Source: an uncultured bacterium
GTDB taxonomy: Bacteria; Patescibacteriota; Minisyncoccia; UBA6257; 2-01-FULL-56-20
NCBI GenBank assembly: GCA_963719425.1
Contig: OY970382.1
Span: forward strand, 244,862 to 308,861
Direction of reading: 5' to 3'
Length of the DNA: 64,000 nt
In this document: one piece after another, positions 20,621-29,266 of the stretch
Numbering within the stretch: the stretch's first letter is position 1
Layout: every line of letters starts with the position of its first letter
Position numbers and translations under genes: made by a program
Notes under the pieces: generated by a model
Databases searched by the model: none
Told to the model about the DNA's origin: nothing
Seen by the model: the letters and a program-made list of their open reading frames with translations, nothing else

Positions 20621-21916
20621 TTATCTTCCTATGCCGCCATAGAGAATGTTGGCGGCCAGAAATTCCTGTTTATTGAAGCAATTGCGTCCGTCAATTACTA
20701 TCCCGACGCCGTGCCGGGAAAAATATTCCGGCTTTAAATCTCTGAATTCTTTATGGGCGGTTGTAATAATGACTCCTTGGGTTCCCTGTAAAGCTTGGCG
20801 TAAGCTCTTTGTCGATTTGGCAGGCAGGTAGGGATCGTAGGCTGTCGTCTCTATCCCTTGAGCCTGTAAATGAGCGATAACTTCATAAGCCGGGCTTTCG
20901 CGATCGTCGGCCACATCCGGCTTGTACGCAAGCCCCAAAACGGCCACTTTTGAACCGGCAGGGGAAATATTTTTTTCTTTAAATTTTTTCAACAATAAAC
21001 CCACCGTAAAGTTGGGCATTTGATTGTTAATTTTTCTGGCTAGGGAAAGGAACTCATGCCGGAAGCCGTTTTGCTTGGCGTACTCTATTAAGTAGTAAGG
21101 GTCAACAGGAATACAATGGCCGCCAACACCTGCGCCGGGATAGTGCGCCATAAATGCGAATGGTTTTGTTGCCGCACCATTGATGACGTTCACCACGTCA
21201 ATACCAAGCTTCGCGAACGACATCGCGAGTTCGTTCACAAAGGCAATGTTGATATCACGGAAAGAGTTTTCTACGATTTTCACTGCTTCGGCCTCCTTGA
21301 GTGATTCCATTTCTTTTACGGGAGCTTTCACGATGGAACGATAAAATTTGGCGGCACGTTGGAGGCTCTCCGTATTAAAACCGCCGACAACGCGCGGAAT
21401 GTTCTCTACGTTCCATTTCAAGTCTCCGGGATTGATCCGCTCGGGACAATGTGCCATGAAGAAATCCTTCCCAACCGTGAGACCGGAGGTCTTTTCCAAA
21501 ATCGGGATTGCCACTTCATCACACACACCGGGGTTCACCGTTGATTCAAGAATAACGAGTTGTCCTTTTTTCAGATGTTTCCCGATTGATTCACACGCCT
21601 TTTGTACCGGACCAAGATCTGGACGATAGTCTTCGTGAACCGGAGTGGGTACACAAATTACGACGATGTCTACATTCCTAAGAACGCCAAAGTCGGCCGT
21701 TGCACGAAGCGACGACTTTTTGAGAAGCAGGGCCAACCCTCTCTCTGGGATTAAGGACGGGGGCAGCGTTCTCTTATTTATCGCTGCTATCTTTTTAGTA
21801 TCTAAATCAATACCGATCACGTCGTATCCTCTACGGTCAGCTAAAATGGCGAGGGGGAGCCCGACATAGCCCAGGCCAACAATTGCAACGTTTTTAGGCG
21901 TCCTTGCTTTTTTCAT
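20621..21916 (-). CDS. Nucleotide-sugar dehydrogenase (UDP-GlcNAc/UDP-ManNAc 6-dehydrogenase family)
   Basis: GLGYVG, CVPTP, ESTVNPG, PERINPG, GVGGHCIPVDP, DDRESP. Confidence 0.93.
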   Translation of the reverse strand: MKKARTPKNVAIVGLGYVGLPLAILADRRGYDVIGIDLDTKKIAAINKRTLPPSLIPERGLALLLKKSSLRATADFGVLRNVDIVVICVPTPVHEDYRPDLGPVQKACESIGKHLKKGQLVILESTVNPGVCDEVAIPILEKTSGLTVGKDFFMAHCPERINPGDLKWNVENIPRVVGGFNTESLQRAAKFYRSIVKAPVKEMESLKEAEAVKIVENSFRDINIAFVNELAMSFAKLGIDVVNVINGAATKPFAFMAHYPGAGVGGHCIPVDPYYLIEYAKQNGFRHEFLSLARKINNQMPNFTVGLLLKKFKEKNISPAGSKVAVLGLAYKPDVADDRESPAYEVIAHLQAQGIETTAYDPYLPAKSTKSLRQALQGTQGVIITTAHKEFRDLKPEYFSRHGVGIVIDGRNCFNKQEFLAANILYGGIGR

Positions 21917-22048
21917 CGTTCGTTAAGGCTTTATTAAATCCCGCTACTTATACTCCATTACGAATGATTTGTAAAGGGGAGGAATGTATGCTCTTAGTGA
22001 TGCGGCGCATAGCTCGAATGCTATGCGCCGTTGTCCTCTTGCTCTGCC

Positions 22049-22831
22049 CTACTTGCAAAAGCCATTCATTTTCAGGATGAGATCCCGGGGGATCCCGAGA
22101 TCTTTGATCACCGTGAGGAGGGTCTGATATCCTACGAAGAGTCGCTTAGCCTGACTCGAAACTGTCTCGGAACTGTATTTCGTGTTAATTTTTTCGGAAA
22201 TGTGTGGTCCGTACAGTGCCGGATGGGGAATCTCGGTCACTCTCGCTTCCGGTTTGGCATCCCATATCCGGAGAACAATTTCCATCGGAACGCCATAGCC
22301 TGCGGTGATGAGATTGGATCCCAAGAGATGAGCGTAGCGGCCCGGAAAACCCACATACCCACTACGGACATCGGTCAGGTTCCACGATGTAATCGTCCGG
22401 ACCATCTTCGTAAACATCATGTTGAGGAGGATCCGGTCAGTGGGCGTATGTGTCTGTTTGGAAAACGGATGGAAACGTGAACAAATTACAAGATCGCTCC
22501 CGTCCTTCAGGTTGGAAACGACGCTTGGCAAAAGCTCGAGGTCATGCTGCCCGTCGCCATCGAGCTTCACGACCCACATAACACCCTTGAGCTTCGCCGC
22601 GATGAAGGCGAGGCCCGTGCGCGTAGCTGCCCCGACCCCCTCATGGACGTCTGACTCCAGAACGAAGTCGGTATACCTTTTGGCGATTCCTGCGGTTCCA
22701 TCAGTCGAGCGATCGTCCGAGACAACGATCGTTGTTAGATGGCCGCAAACACTTTTGGGAACCGCGGACAGAATATTCCCGATAGTCTCACACTCATTTC
22801 TTGCCGGTATCAAAATTACCAGCTTTCCCAT
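22049..22831 (-). CDS. GT2 glycosyltransferase (DPM1-like)
   Basis: LIPARNE, DDRSTDGT, LDGDGQH, DVRSGY; start MGKLV; upstream TTGACA-17-TAGATT promoter on the minus strand. Confidence 0.85.
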   Translation of the reverse strand: MGKLVILIPARNECETIGNILSAVPKSVCGHLTTIVVSDDRSTDGTAGIAKRYTDFVLESDVHEGVGAATRTGLAFIAAKLKGVMWVVKLDGDGQHDLELLPSVVSNLKDGSDLVICSRFHPFSKQTHTPTDRILLNMMFTKMVRTITSWNLTDVRSGYVGFPGRYAHLLGSNLITAGYGVPMEIVLRIWDAKPEARVTEIPHPALYGPHISEKINTKYSSETVSSQAKRLFVGYQTLLTVIKDLGIPRDLILKMNGFCK

Positions 22832-23198
22832 GTTTTTACCCTCTCTTTCTGTGCGTTGCGGCAAGCCGCAAAACTGCTGGGAATCTAATGTAATTTTAAT
22901 CTTTTGTCAATAGCAGTGGCCCGCACATATCTGCTTCACAAAAAGCCGCGGGTTCTTGCGGTCCGCCTTCTCTGGAAACGAGTGGTCTTCGTTAGAACTC
23001 GGAGGATATTTGAGGGAGTTGCCAAAGCTGATAAATAGAACGTTGGTAATGGTGTAATTTCCAAAAATGATGTCGGTGTTGGCAGTGATGGCAAGGGTCT
23101 AGCGACATTCACAACGTACATACGTTCATTTGTCCGAATCCTGCGCAGATTATCATCTCGTCTTTGCAACGAGACTTTTTTTCATCTATGCTGTTTGT

Positions 23199-23963
23199 AT
23201 GGAAAACCTCGAAAAGCGAGAAATAAAAGAGGGGCGTCACTACCCATACGATGCCATTATTGTTTTCGGTGGCGGGTTGCATAAGCTCGGAGAAAAGTAT
23301 TATCCCACGGATTACCGCCAAGGCGATCAATTTGGGATGCTCGGCGCAGGAATACGCATGGCAGCGGCGCTTGAGCTTTATTTCCAAAAGAAAGCCAAAG
23401 AGTTTGTTTTTACGACCGGGGTCACTGAGAAAAGTAGGTCCGAATATGGCCCTGATGTGCCCACGGAGGCCGCGGTGTATAGAGAAAAATTTCTTCGTTC
23501 TTTAGACGCCCTGAAGAAGCGCGGAGATTATAAGGAAAAGTTTAAGGAAGTAGAAGCGCCAGATGTTATACTGGAAGATAAATCCTTTAGTACGCTGAGT
23601 AATATACAAGAAATTTTGCAGATTATTCAGAATAGGGGGTGGAAGAAGGTCGCCATTGTGAGTAGTGATTATCATATGCCCCGCGTTAGGGCGTTGTACC
23701 AGCAAGCCCTCGGGCAGCATAAAGAAATTCTTATCGACATTGATTTTCGTTCTGCGGAAGACATTGTCAAGGAAGCTGAGCCTGGCAAATACGATGACGT
23801 GATCAAGAGGGCTTACAAATCAGAAGAAGCCCGCAGGAGAGTATCAAATGAGGCTAGGGGTCTGGAAGATATAAAATCTGGCAAATACGCAGTTGGTGAA
23901 TTTCAATTGAAAAATGAGGGAGATCAGAAAACTGACTCCGACCAAAAGCACCGTAATGATTAA
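23199..23963 (+). CDS. YdcF/ElyC/SanA (DUF218) family protein
   Basis: DAIIVFGGG, EDKSFSTLSN, VSSDYHMPR; TTGCAA-17-TATGCT promoter 6 nt before the ATG. Confidence 0.85.
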   Translation: MENLEKREIKEGRHYPYDAIIVFGGGLHKLGEKYYPTDYRQGDQFGMLGAGIRMAAALELYFQKKAKEFVFTTGVTEKSRSEYGPDVPTEAAVYREKFLRSLDALKKRGDYKEKFKEVEAPDVILEDKSFSTLSNIQEILQIIQNRGWKKVAIVSSDYHMPRVRALYQQALGQHKEILIDIDFRSAEDIVKEAEPGKYDDVIKRAYKSEEARRRVSNEARGLEDIKSGKYAVGEFQLKNEGDQKTDSDQKHRND

Positions 23964-24129
23964 TAGCTTGGAATAGCTTTCAAAATCGTTCGAAGATCGC
24001 CCGAGTTCAACTCCACTTGCTTCTCAGAGTTTTCTGGTCAAAAAACGCAAAAATGGCGCTCTGTGAGTATTGATTTTACTAGAGTTCCGATATCAATAGA
24101 ACTGTGGAAGTGCTGGGTCTTGAACGAAC

Positions 24130-26268
24130 CTACCAATTCACTTGACTCGTGGTTATAACCGTTGTCCAGGGACCAGAAGGGACGTTGCTCGCGGGGACAA
24201 ATTGCCAGTTAACCTGGTTTTCGGCGTTGTCTAATCCGTTGAAGCCCAAACAATCCCTCAAGGCCGGAGACACGTCCATGCCCGCACTGTTGGCTTGCTT
24301 GTTGAGTGGGCGCTGGTCATTCGTGCCAAAAACATAATTGTAGTCGGCGTAGTCAAAGGGTCCGGCGTCTTCGTTCTGGCCGTAGCAAACATTGCTGCCC
24401 TTGGTCAGCTTAACCCAGACGTTTTTCATATAGGAATAATTTTGTGAAGTGTTGCCGGTATACCAGGGAATATTCACTCTCCAGGCATAAGCCGTCGGAT
24501 TATTTATGTCGTCAAACGGCACATCCAAATAGAAAGGATTTTCTTTCGGGTAAAAACTCGTCGGGAAAAAAGGATAGGTACGGAGAGCGGTGTCATCCAC
24601 TCCGCCATAGTCCGCTTCCCACGAACCATCATACGTTGAGATGGTATTGACCTCGGTATAACCGGGAATGGAGCCTTCACCTATCCAAAACACGGTGGCG
24701 GTAATGTTAGTGTGCCAGGGATAAGGACTGCCGGTAGAAGTCGGGGTTGTTGAGGTCGGCGTTGAGGTCGGCGTGCTCTGCACGAAGGTGTTCGTGATAG
24801 CACAGGTGACCGCGCTCGCGCCCATCGTTCCCGCGCAGGCGTTGCCCAGCGCGATCGTGTAACTCGCAGAGTTTGTTGTTGTCGCTTCGGCCACGGAATA
24901 GGCGTCGCCTTGCGTGATCGCAAAGTTTTTGCTCGCTGCAGCGGCTCCGCTAAAGACGGTCGTCGCGGCATCCTTCACGGTAAGGTTAAAATTCGCAGCC
25001 GTTGCCGAACCGCCGTTTACGGAAATCGTCACGGTGAGCGTTGATGTCGGCGTGGGGGCCGGCGGGGTAACCGGCGCTGCAGCGATGCCTATCGTATAGC
25101 TCCGCGTGGATGAGCTCGCGCCGTTCGTGGCTTTTATGGAAAAGGTGGATGTTCCTGCCGTTCCTGGCATTCCTGCGATCGTGGTGGTAACGCTCACCGA
25201 GGAAGTATTGAGCGATAGACCGTTCGGCAAGCTTCCCGAATTTACGCTCCAGGCGAAAGGCCCGTTTGCGGTTGTTGAAGCAGTGAGAACGGCCGGCCCA
25301 TAGGCGACGCTTGCGGTGCCATTCGGGATCGTTGAAGGAATAATGGCGAGAGCGGGCGCGGGTGCGGGTGGGGGCGGGGGAACGTAGGTGTCCGTAATGG
25401 TGCAGTTTGTACTCGCGGTTCCCGCGGTGCCGGAACAGGCAGTGCTCATACTTATGGTATAGTTGGCCGAGTTTGAAGTGGTTGCTTCACTTACGAGATA
25501 GGCATCGCCCTGCGTGAGGGTAAAGGAAAGCGGTGTGGAAGATCCTGCGCCGGAGAAGAGAGTTAACGACGCGGTGTTGTCTATCGCCGTGACATTGAAG
25601 TCGCTCGCGGCCGCCGTACCTCCGTTCACAACAAGGTTAATGGTAAGGGTGGTCGTTGCGGGGGAGGGAGATGTGCCTGAACCACCACCACCCCTGCCAC
25701 CGCCACCGCCTCCTCCGGAAGGAGGAGTTGAAGTTGGCGTGGGAGTCGGTGTCGGAGTTTTGTGTTTATTCTGCAGCGACCAAAGTTGTTGGAAGAGACC
25801 ACCGATGCGTGCTTGGAGGAGCGTCACCGAATTCAAGCTGGTCGGGGTCTGAATCCCTGTCGGCGGCGTTGTCGTTGTAGAACTTGTCACTGGGCCGATT
25901 TGGAATGCGCCAAATTGGCTCTGATAGGTTTGCAGTTCCAATGCGAGCACGTCATTCGCTTTCGCCCGAGTGAGGGGGCCGAAGTAACCACTCACCGGCG
26001 AGATATTGTTCTTTGTCTGGAAATCCTTCACGCCCTTTAGCGTGAGCGAGAAGAAATTGCCGGTGATGGGGCCGGAGTAAGCTCCTTCGTTCGTAAGGAA
26101 TTGCTGGAGATTGGTAACGTCGGCGTTGTTCGTTAGTCCGAAATAAAGATTGTTCGCGAAAGATTGGCTCGCTGCGCCCACAGAGATCGGCGCGCCCAAA
26201 AGGCCGAAAGAAGCTACTCCCGCAACCCCAAGCGCTATACCGATAGAATAAGGCTTGCGCATGGTCAT
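24130..26268 (-). CDS. Secreted protein: peptidoglycan-binding domain, Ig-like/He_PIG modules and a C-terminal DPBB (RlpA/expansin/GH75-like) domain
   Basis: Signal peptide; DVTNLQQFL..TGNFFSLT..FQ..GYFGPLTR; Pro/Thr/Gly linkers; C-terminal EDAGP..GMDVSPA. The DPBB assignment is by motif recall. Confidence 0.75.
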   Translation of the reverse strand: MTMRKPYSIGIALGVAGVASFGLLGAPISVGAASQSFANNLYFGLTNNADVTNLQQFLTNEGAYSGPITGNFFSLTLKGVKDFQTKNNISPVSGYFGPLTRAKANDVLALELQTYQSQFGAFQIGPVTSSTTTTPPTGIQTPTSLNSVTLLQARIGGLFQQLWSLQNKHKTPTPTPTPTSTPPSGGGGGGGRGGGGSGTSPSPATTTLTINLVVNGGTAAASDFNVTAIDNTASLTLFSGAGSSTPLSFTLTQGDAYLVSEATTSNSANYTISMSTACSGTAGTASTNCTITDTYVPPPPPAPAPALAIIPSTIPNGTASVAYGPAVLTASTTANGPFAWSVNSGSLPNGLSLNTSSVSVTTTIAGMPGTAGTSTFSIKATNGASSSTRSYTIGIAAAPVTPPAPTPTSTLTVTISVNGGSATAANFNLTVKDAATTVFSGAAAASKNFAITQGDAYSVAEATTTNSASYTIALGNACAGTMGASAVTCAITNTFVQSTPTSTPTSTTPTSTGSPYPWHTNITATVFWIGEGSIPGYTEVNTISTYDGSWEADYGGVDDTALRTYPFFPTSFYPKENPFYLDVPFDDINNPTAYAWRVNIPWYTGNTSQNYSYMKNVWVKLTKGSNVCYGQNEDAGPFDYADYNYVFGTNDQRPLNKQANSAGMDVSPALRDCLGFNGLDNAENQVNWQFVPASNVPSGPWTTVITTSQVNW

Positions 26269-26320
26269 ATATTGGTACGGTAGAGGATACTTTATGTTAC
26301 ATAAAAGGTCAAGCACTCTT

Positions 26321-27073
26321 TTAAGGAACGGGTTTCGCGAGTTCTCTCGCGAGCCAAAGATGCTCGGCGGTGTTTACTCCGACGCCCTCGAGCGGATTGG
26401 CATCCATGGAGGCAACAGCATCGCCCCCATCAATAGCAATCCGCACAAGGTCGGTGAGGTAATATTCTTGCCGCGCGTTATCGTTCGTGAGTTTTTTGAG
26501 ATGCTCCCAAAGCCATTCAGCGTTGAAGCAGAAATAGGAGGGACTTATCTCACAAATCTCAAGTTCGTGTGGCAGTGCATCCTTTTTCTCAACGATTCGC
26601 ACGATGCGACCTTTGTTATCGCGCACGATCCGCCCGGAATCGTAAAATGGCGCACGCCACTCTTTGAAGTCGGGGACGAAGGTGGTCATCATCGTGAGCA
26701 TCGGCCCATCGCGGCGGTGGAGCGCCTCCAGATCTCTAATAGTGGAGGGACGAACGAAAGGGTGGTCTCCGTAAAGCACCACAACCGCGTCCGTTTTACC
26801 TTTCAGGACCGGCTCGGTCTGTTGCACGGCATGTCCCGTTCCCAATTGTGATTTTTGAAGCACGTACGTATAGCGTGGCCCGAAAGTTTGTTGCACCTCT
26901 GCGGCGCCATGCCCCACCACAATGACCGGCTCGCTATCAACACCCGACGATGCGACGGACTCAAGCAAATATGACATCATCGGTTTTCCTTGAAGGGGAA
27001 TAAGCACCTTCGGCTTTTCCGAGAGCATTCGCTTGCCTTTACCGCCGGCAAGCACGACAACGCGGGTTTTCAT
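26321..27073 (-). CDS. GlmU-like nucleotidyltransferase (N-terminal uridyltransferase domain only)
   Basis: LAGGKGKRM..PKVL, QLGTGHAV, LYGD, IVEKKDA, NARQEYYLTD, GVNT; no LbH acetyltransferase domain. Confidence 0.88.
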   Translation of the reverse strand: MKTRVVVLAGGKGKRMLSEKPKVLIPLQGKPMMSYLLESVASSGVDSEPVIVVGHGAAEVQQTFGPRYTYVLQKSQLGTGHAVQQTEPVLKGKTDAVVVLYGDHPFVRPSTIRDLEALHRRDGPMLTMMTTFVPDFKEWRAPFYDSGRIVRDNKGRIVRIVEKKDALPHELEICEISPSYFCFNAEWLWEHLKKLTNDNARQEYYLTDLVRIAIDGGDAVASMDANPLEGVGVNTAEHLWLARELAKPVP

Positions 27074-27103
27074 TTACCCCATTTGTATATGGCGCCTTCC
27101 TAT

Positions 27104-27132
27104 TTGTCAAGGGAGATTTTTTGTCCTACGCT
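27104..27132 (+). promoter_or_regulatory. Candidate sigma70 promoter for a hairpin RNA; overlaps the divergent TTGACA of the GlmU-like gene
   Basis: TTGTCA (27104-27109), 17 nt, TACGCT (27127-27132). Confidence 0.5.
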
Positions 27133-27138
27133 TGAGGG

Positions 27139-27269
27139 GAAGGGAGTCCGGAAGAGCTTCGTGGGGTCCAACTCCACCGCCTGTGGGTGTGCCATACACA
27201 TACCACAAAAAGGAGTGGACCTCTCCGGACTCCCTCAAAAACAAAAACGCCCATTGGAGGGCGTCTTTG
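27139..27269 (+). ncRNA. Candidate small RNA: ~95-nt irregular hairpin followed by a terminator-like hairpin
   Basis: AGGGAGUCCGGA/UCCGGACUCCCU, GGUCC/GGACC, ACUCC/GGAGU, UGUGG/CCACA, GUGUG/CACAU; then acgccc-attgga-gggcgt at 27247-27264; no credible ORF. Confidence 0.5.
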
Positions 27270-27316
27270 CGTTGTATACGTTTTTCTTTGGGGTTGTGTT
27301 GCGCTATAATCACGGT

Positions 27317-28684
27317 ATGGATGCCATACAGGGCATTTTGAATGCGGCAGGCGAGGTGTTTTGGTATGCGTGGTGGCTATGGATCCCCCTCATTTTGTTC
27401 CCGCTCTTTGAGTCCACGTGGCTTTTCTGGCGGCAGCAGGTTTTCAAGCGCGAATTGGAGTTCGTGCACATGGAGATCCGCATTCCCCGCGAGGTCAAGA
27501 GGAGCCCGAGGGCGATGGAGCAGGTACTCATGACCATCCACCAACTCCGGAACGAAGCGGCAGACCCGGAAGAAAAATGGTGGGACGGCGAGGTCACGCG
27601 CTGGTACGCGCTGGAGTTAGTAAGCTTCGGCGGAGATATCCACCTGTACGTACGCGCGTGGAGAAAGCAGAAGGAGATTATCCAGGCGGCGTTCTTTGCC
27701 CACTATCCTGACGTGGAGATCGTGGAAACGGATGATTATATTGACCGATTGCCTGCGAGCGTAGGAGAAATGTATAAAAGTGGCTACGACCTTTGGGGGT
27801 CCGAATTCGTCCTCGCGCGCGAACCTGCCTACCCTATCAGGAGCTACATGGATTTTGAATCGCCGGATGAGGAAAAACAGTTTGATCCCATGTCCACCTT
27901 CCTTGAGGTTCTCGGTAAGGTGAAGCGCGAGGAGGTTATATGCATTCAGTATCTCATCGCGCCGGCGAGCATGGATTGGAGAGACAGGTATCAACCCTTG
28001 GTTGAAGATTTGCGCACGAGGCATCAAAAGATTGGCGCGGCCGGAGGAGCGAAACACACCCTCGGGATGGAATTCCCGCACATCCTCCCAACATTCCCGG
28101 TGAAAAAGAGCGGAGAAGGTGAGGATAGTCTGCGCGTCATTGGAAGGGCGATCATGACGCGGACGCCGGGCGAGACAGATGTTTTAAAGGCGGTGGAGGA
28201 GAACATCGCTCTCCCGCCGTTTAATACCCTCATCCGGTTCGTCTATCTCTCGCCGAAGGAACTGTATTTTGACACGCTGCCGCGCCGTGGATTGCGCGGC
28301 GCATTCAACCAATATGCCGCTGCTGACCTTAACTGGTTTGAGCGGAACGAGAAAATCAGCACGAGGGTGAAGATATGGGACTTTCCGTTCTTTTTTCCGC
28401 ATGCACGCCTTGATCGCAGAAAAAACCGCGTGCTTGCGGACTATCGCGCGCGGGAAATCCCGCCGGAGACCTCCGTGGGGAAGCTTATCCGCTCCAAATT
28501 TTTGCATTGGGAGCATTCCCGTCGGGTTCTTTTGAGTGTGCGGTCGCTTGCGACGCTCTTCCATCCGCCAACCTATCAGGTGCTCACGGCACCACACATC
28601 AAACGGGTGGAGAGCAGGAAGGCGGGCGCGCCGGCGGGTCTTGCGATCTACGGCGGGGAAGAGGAAATGGAAAAGTTCAAATAA
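27317..28684 (+). CDS. Conserved membrane-anchored partner of Patescibacteria VirD4-like ATPases
   Basis: N-terminal TM; EIRIPRE..SPRAMEQV, LELVS..GDIHLY, AHYPDVEIVE, YPIRSY, ELATLFHPP-like C-terminus; start MDAIQ 6 nt after TATAAT. Confidence 0.8.
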   Translation: MDAIQGILNAAGEVFWYAWWLWIPLILFPLFESTWLFWRQQVFKRELEFVHMEIRIPREVKRSPRAMEQVLMTIHQLRNEAADPEEKWWDGEVTRWYALELVSFGGDIHLYVRAWRKQKEIIQAAFFAHYPDVEIVETDDYIDRLPASVGEMYKSGYDLWGSEFVLAREPAYPIRSYMDFESPDEEKQFDPMSTFLEVLGKVKREEVICIQYLIAPASMDWRDRYQPLVEDLRTRHQKIGAAGGAKHTLGMEFPHILPTFPVKKSGEGEDSLRVIGRAIMTRTPGETDVLKAVEENIALPPFNTLIRFVYLSPKELYFDTLPRRGLRGAFNQYAAADLNWFERNEKISTRVKIWDFPFFFPHARLDRRKNRVLADYRAREIPPETSVGKLIRSKFLHWEHSRRVLLSVRSLATLFHPPTYQVLTAPHIKRVESRKAGAPAGLAIYGGEEEMEKFK

Positions 28685-28893
28685 TGGTAATACTCACAAT
28701 TATCAAGTGGATCTGCATTGTGATTGTGATACTGCTCATTGTGGGCTTCATCTTTGCGTTTTATACGGGCTGGTTTTACCACCCGTTCATGGTGATTATC
28801 ACAATTATCAAGTGGATCTGCATTGTGATTATGATACTGCTCGCCGGGGGCTTCATCTTTGCGTTGTATAAGGGTTGGTCGTACCACCCGCGT
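28684..28893 (+). repeat. 105-bp tandem duplication of start codon plus TM helix
   Basis: ATG at 28684 and 28789; shared cacaattatcaagtggatctgcattgtgatt..ggcttcatctttgcgtt..taccacccg. Confidence 0.9.
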
Positions 28894-29259
28894 TATGAAT
28901 TGGAAACGCGGAAAGCGAAGAAAATATTCACCCTGCGCGACGTGGTGACGAAGGAGCACTGGGAATCCATTGTGAGGAAGTTCTCGCTGGGAACGCCGGA
29001 GGCCGCGCGGGAAGCCGTCATTGAGGCCGATGCGCTCGTGGACACAGTGTTGAAGAGTATGGAAATTCCCGGGCAGCATCTCGCCGACCGGTTGTCCAAT
29101 CTGGAGCCGGAGGAAATTGCGTCGCTCGATCGGGCATGGCGGGCGCACCGCACGCGGAACGATCTCGTGCACACGCCGGGATTTGCGCTGACCGAAAAGG
29201 AGGCGCAAAAGACGCTTGAGGACTACGAGGCTTTTCTCAAAGATTTGGGAGTGCTATAA
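28684..29259 (+). CDS. Membrane-anchored protein with duplicated TM segment and HEPN-like RxxxxH motif
   Basis: TAATG overlap with the upstream stop; two 35-aa TM repeats; AVIEAD..G..LADRL..AWRAHRTRNDLVH. Confidence 0.75.
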   Translation: MVILTIIKWICIVIVILLIVGFIFAFYTGWFYHPFMVIITIIKWICIVIMILLAGGFIFALYKGWSYHPRYELETRKAKKIFTLRDVVTKEHWESIVRKFSLGTPEAAREAVIEADALVDTVLKSMEIPGQHLADRLSNLEPEEIASLDRAWRAHRTRNDLVHTPGFALTEKEAQKTLEDYEAFLKDLGVL

Positions 29260-29266
29260 CGAGGCC

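Noticed and set aside
22855-22925. c-di-GMP-I-like string (cgcaaaactgctgggaatctaa..tagcagt)
   Set aside because: It lacks the GGCAAA/GNRA P2 arm and coincides with the minus-strand TTGACA-17-TAGATT promoter of the GT2 gene
22936-23169. 77-aa ORF or gene remnant between the GT2 and DUF218 genes
   Set aside because: No recognisable motif in any frame, so it cannot be supported
26990-27316. N-terminal extensions given by the ORF track (also 2316-2591, 28507-28683, 29216-29266, 60750-60848)
   Set aside because: They overlap neighbouring genes or structured noncoding DNA; better starts follow -10 boxes or stop/start overlaps
28684-28893. 105-bp duplication as a DGR template/variable repeat pair
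   Set aside because: Mismatches are not adenine-specific, both copies are in one ORF, and no reverse transcriptase is in the window
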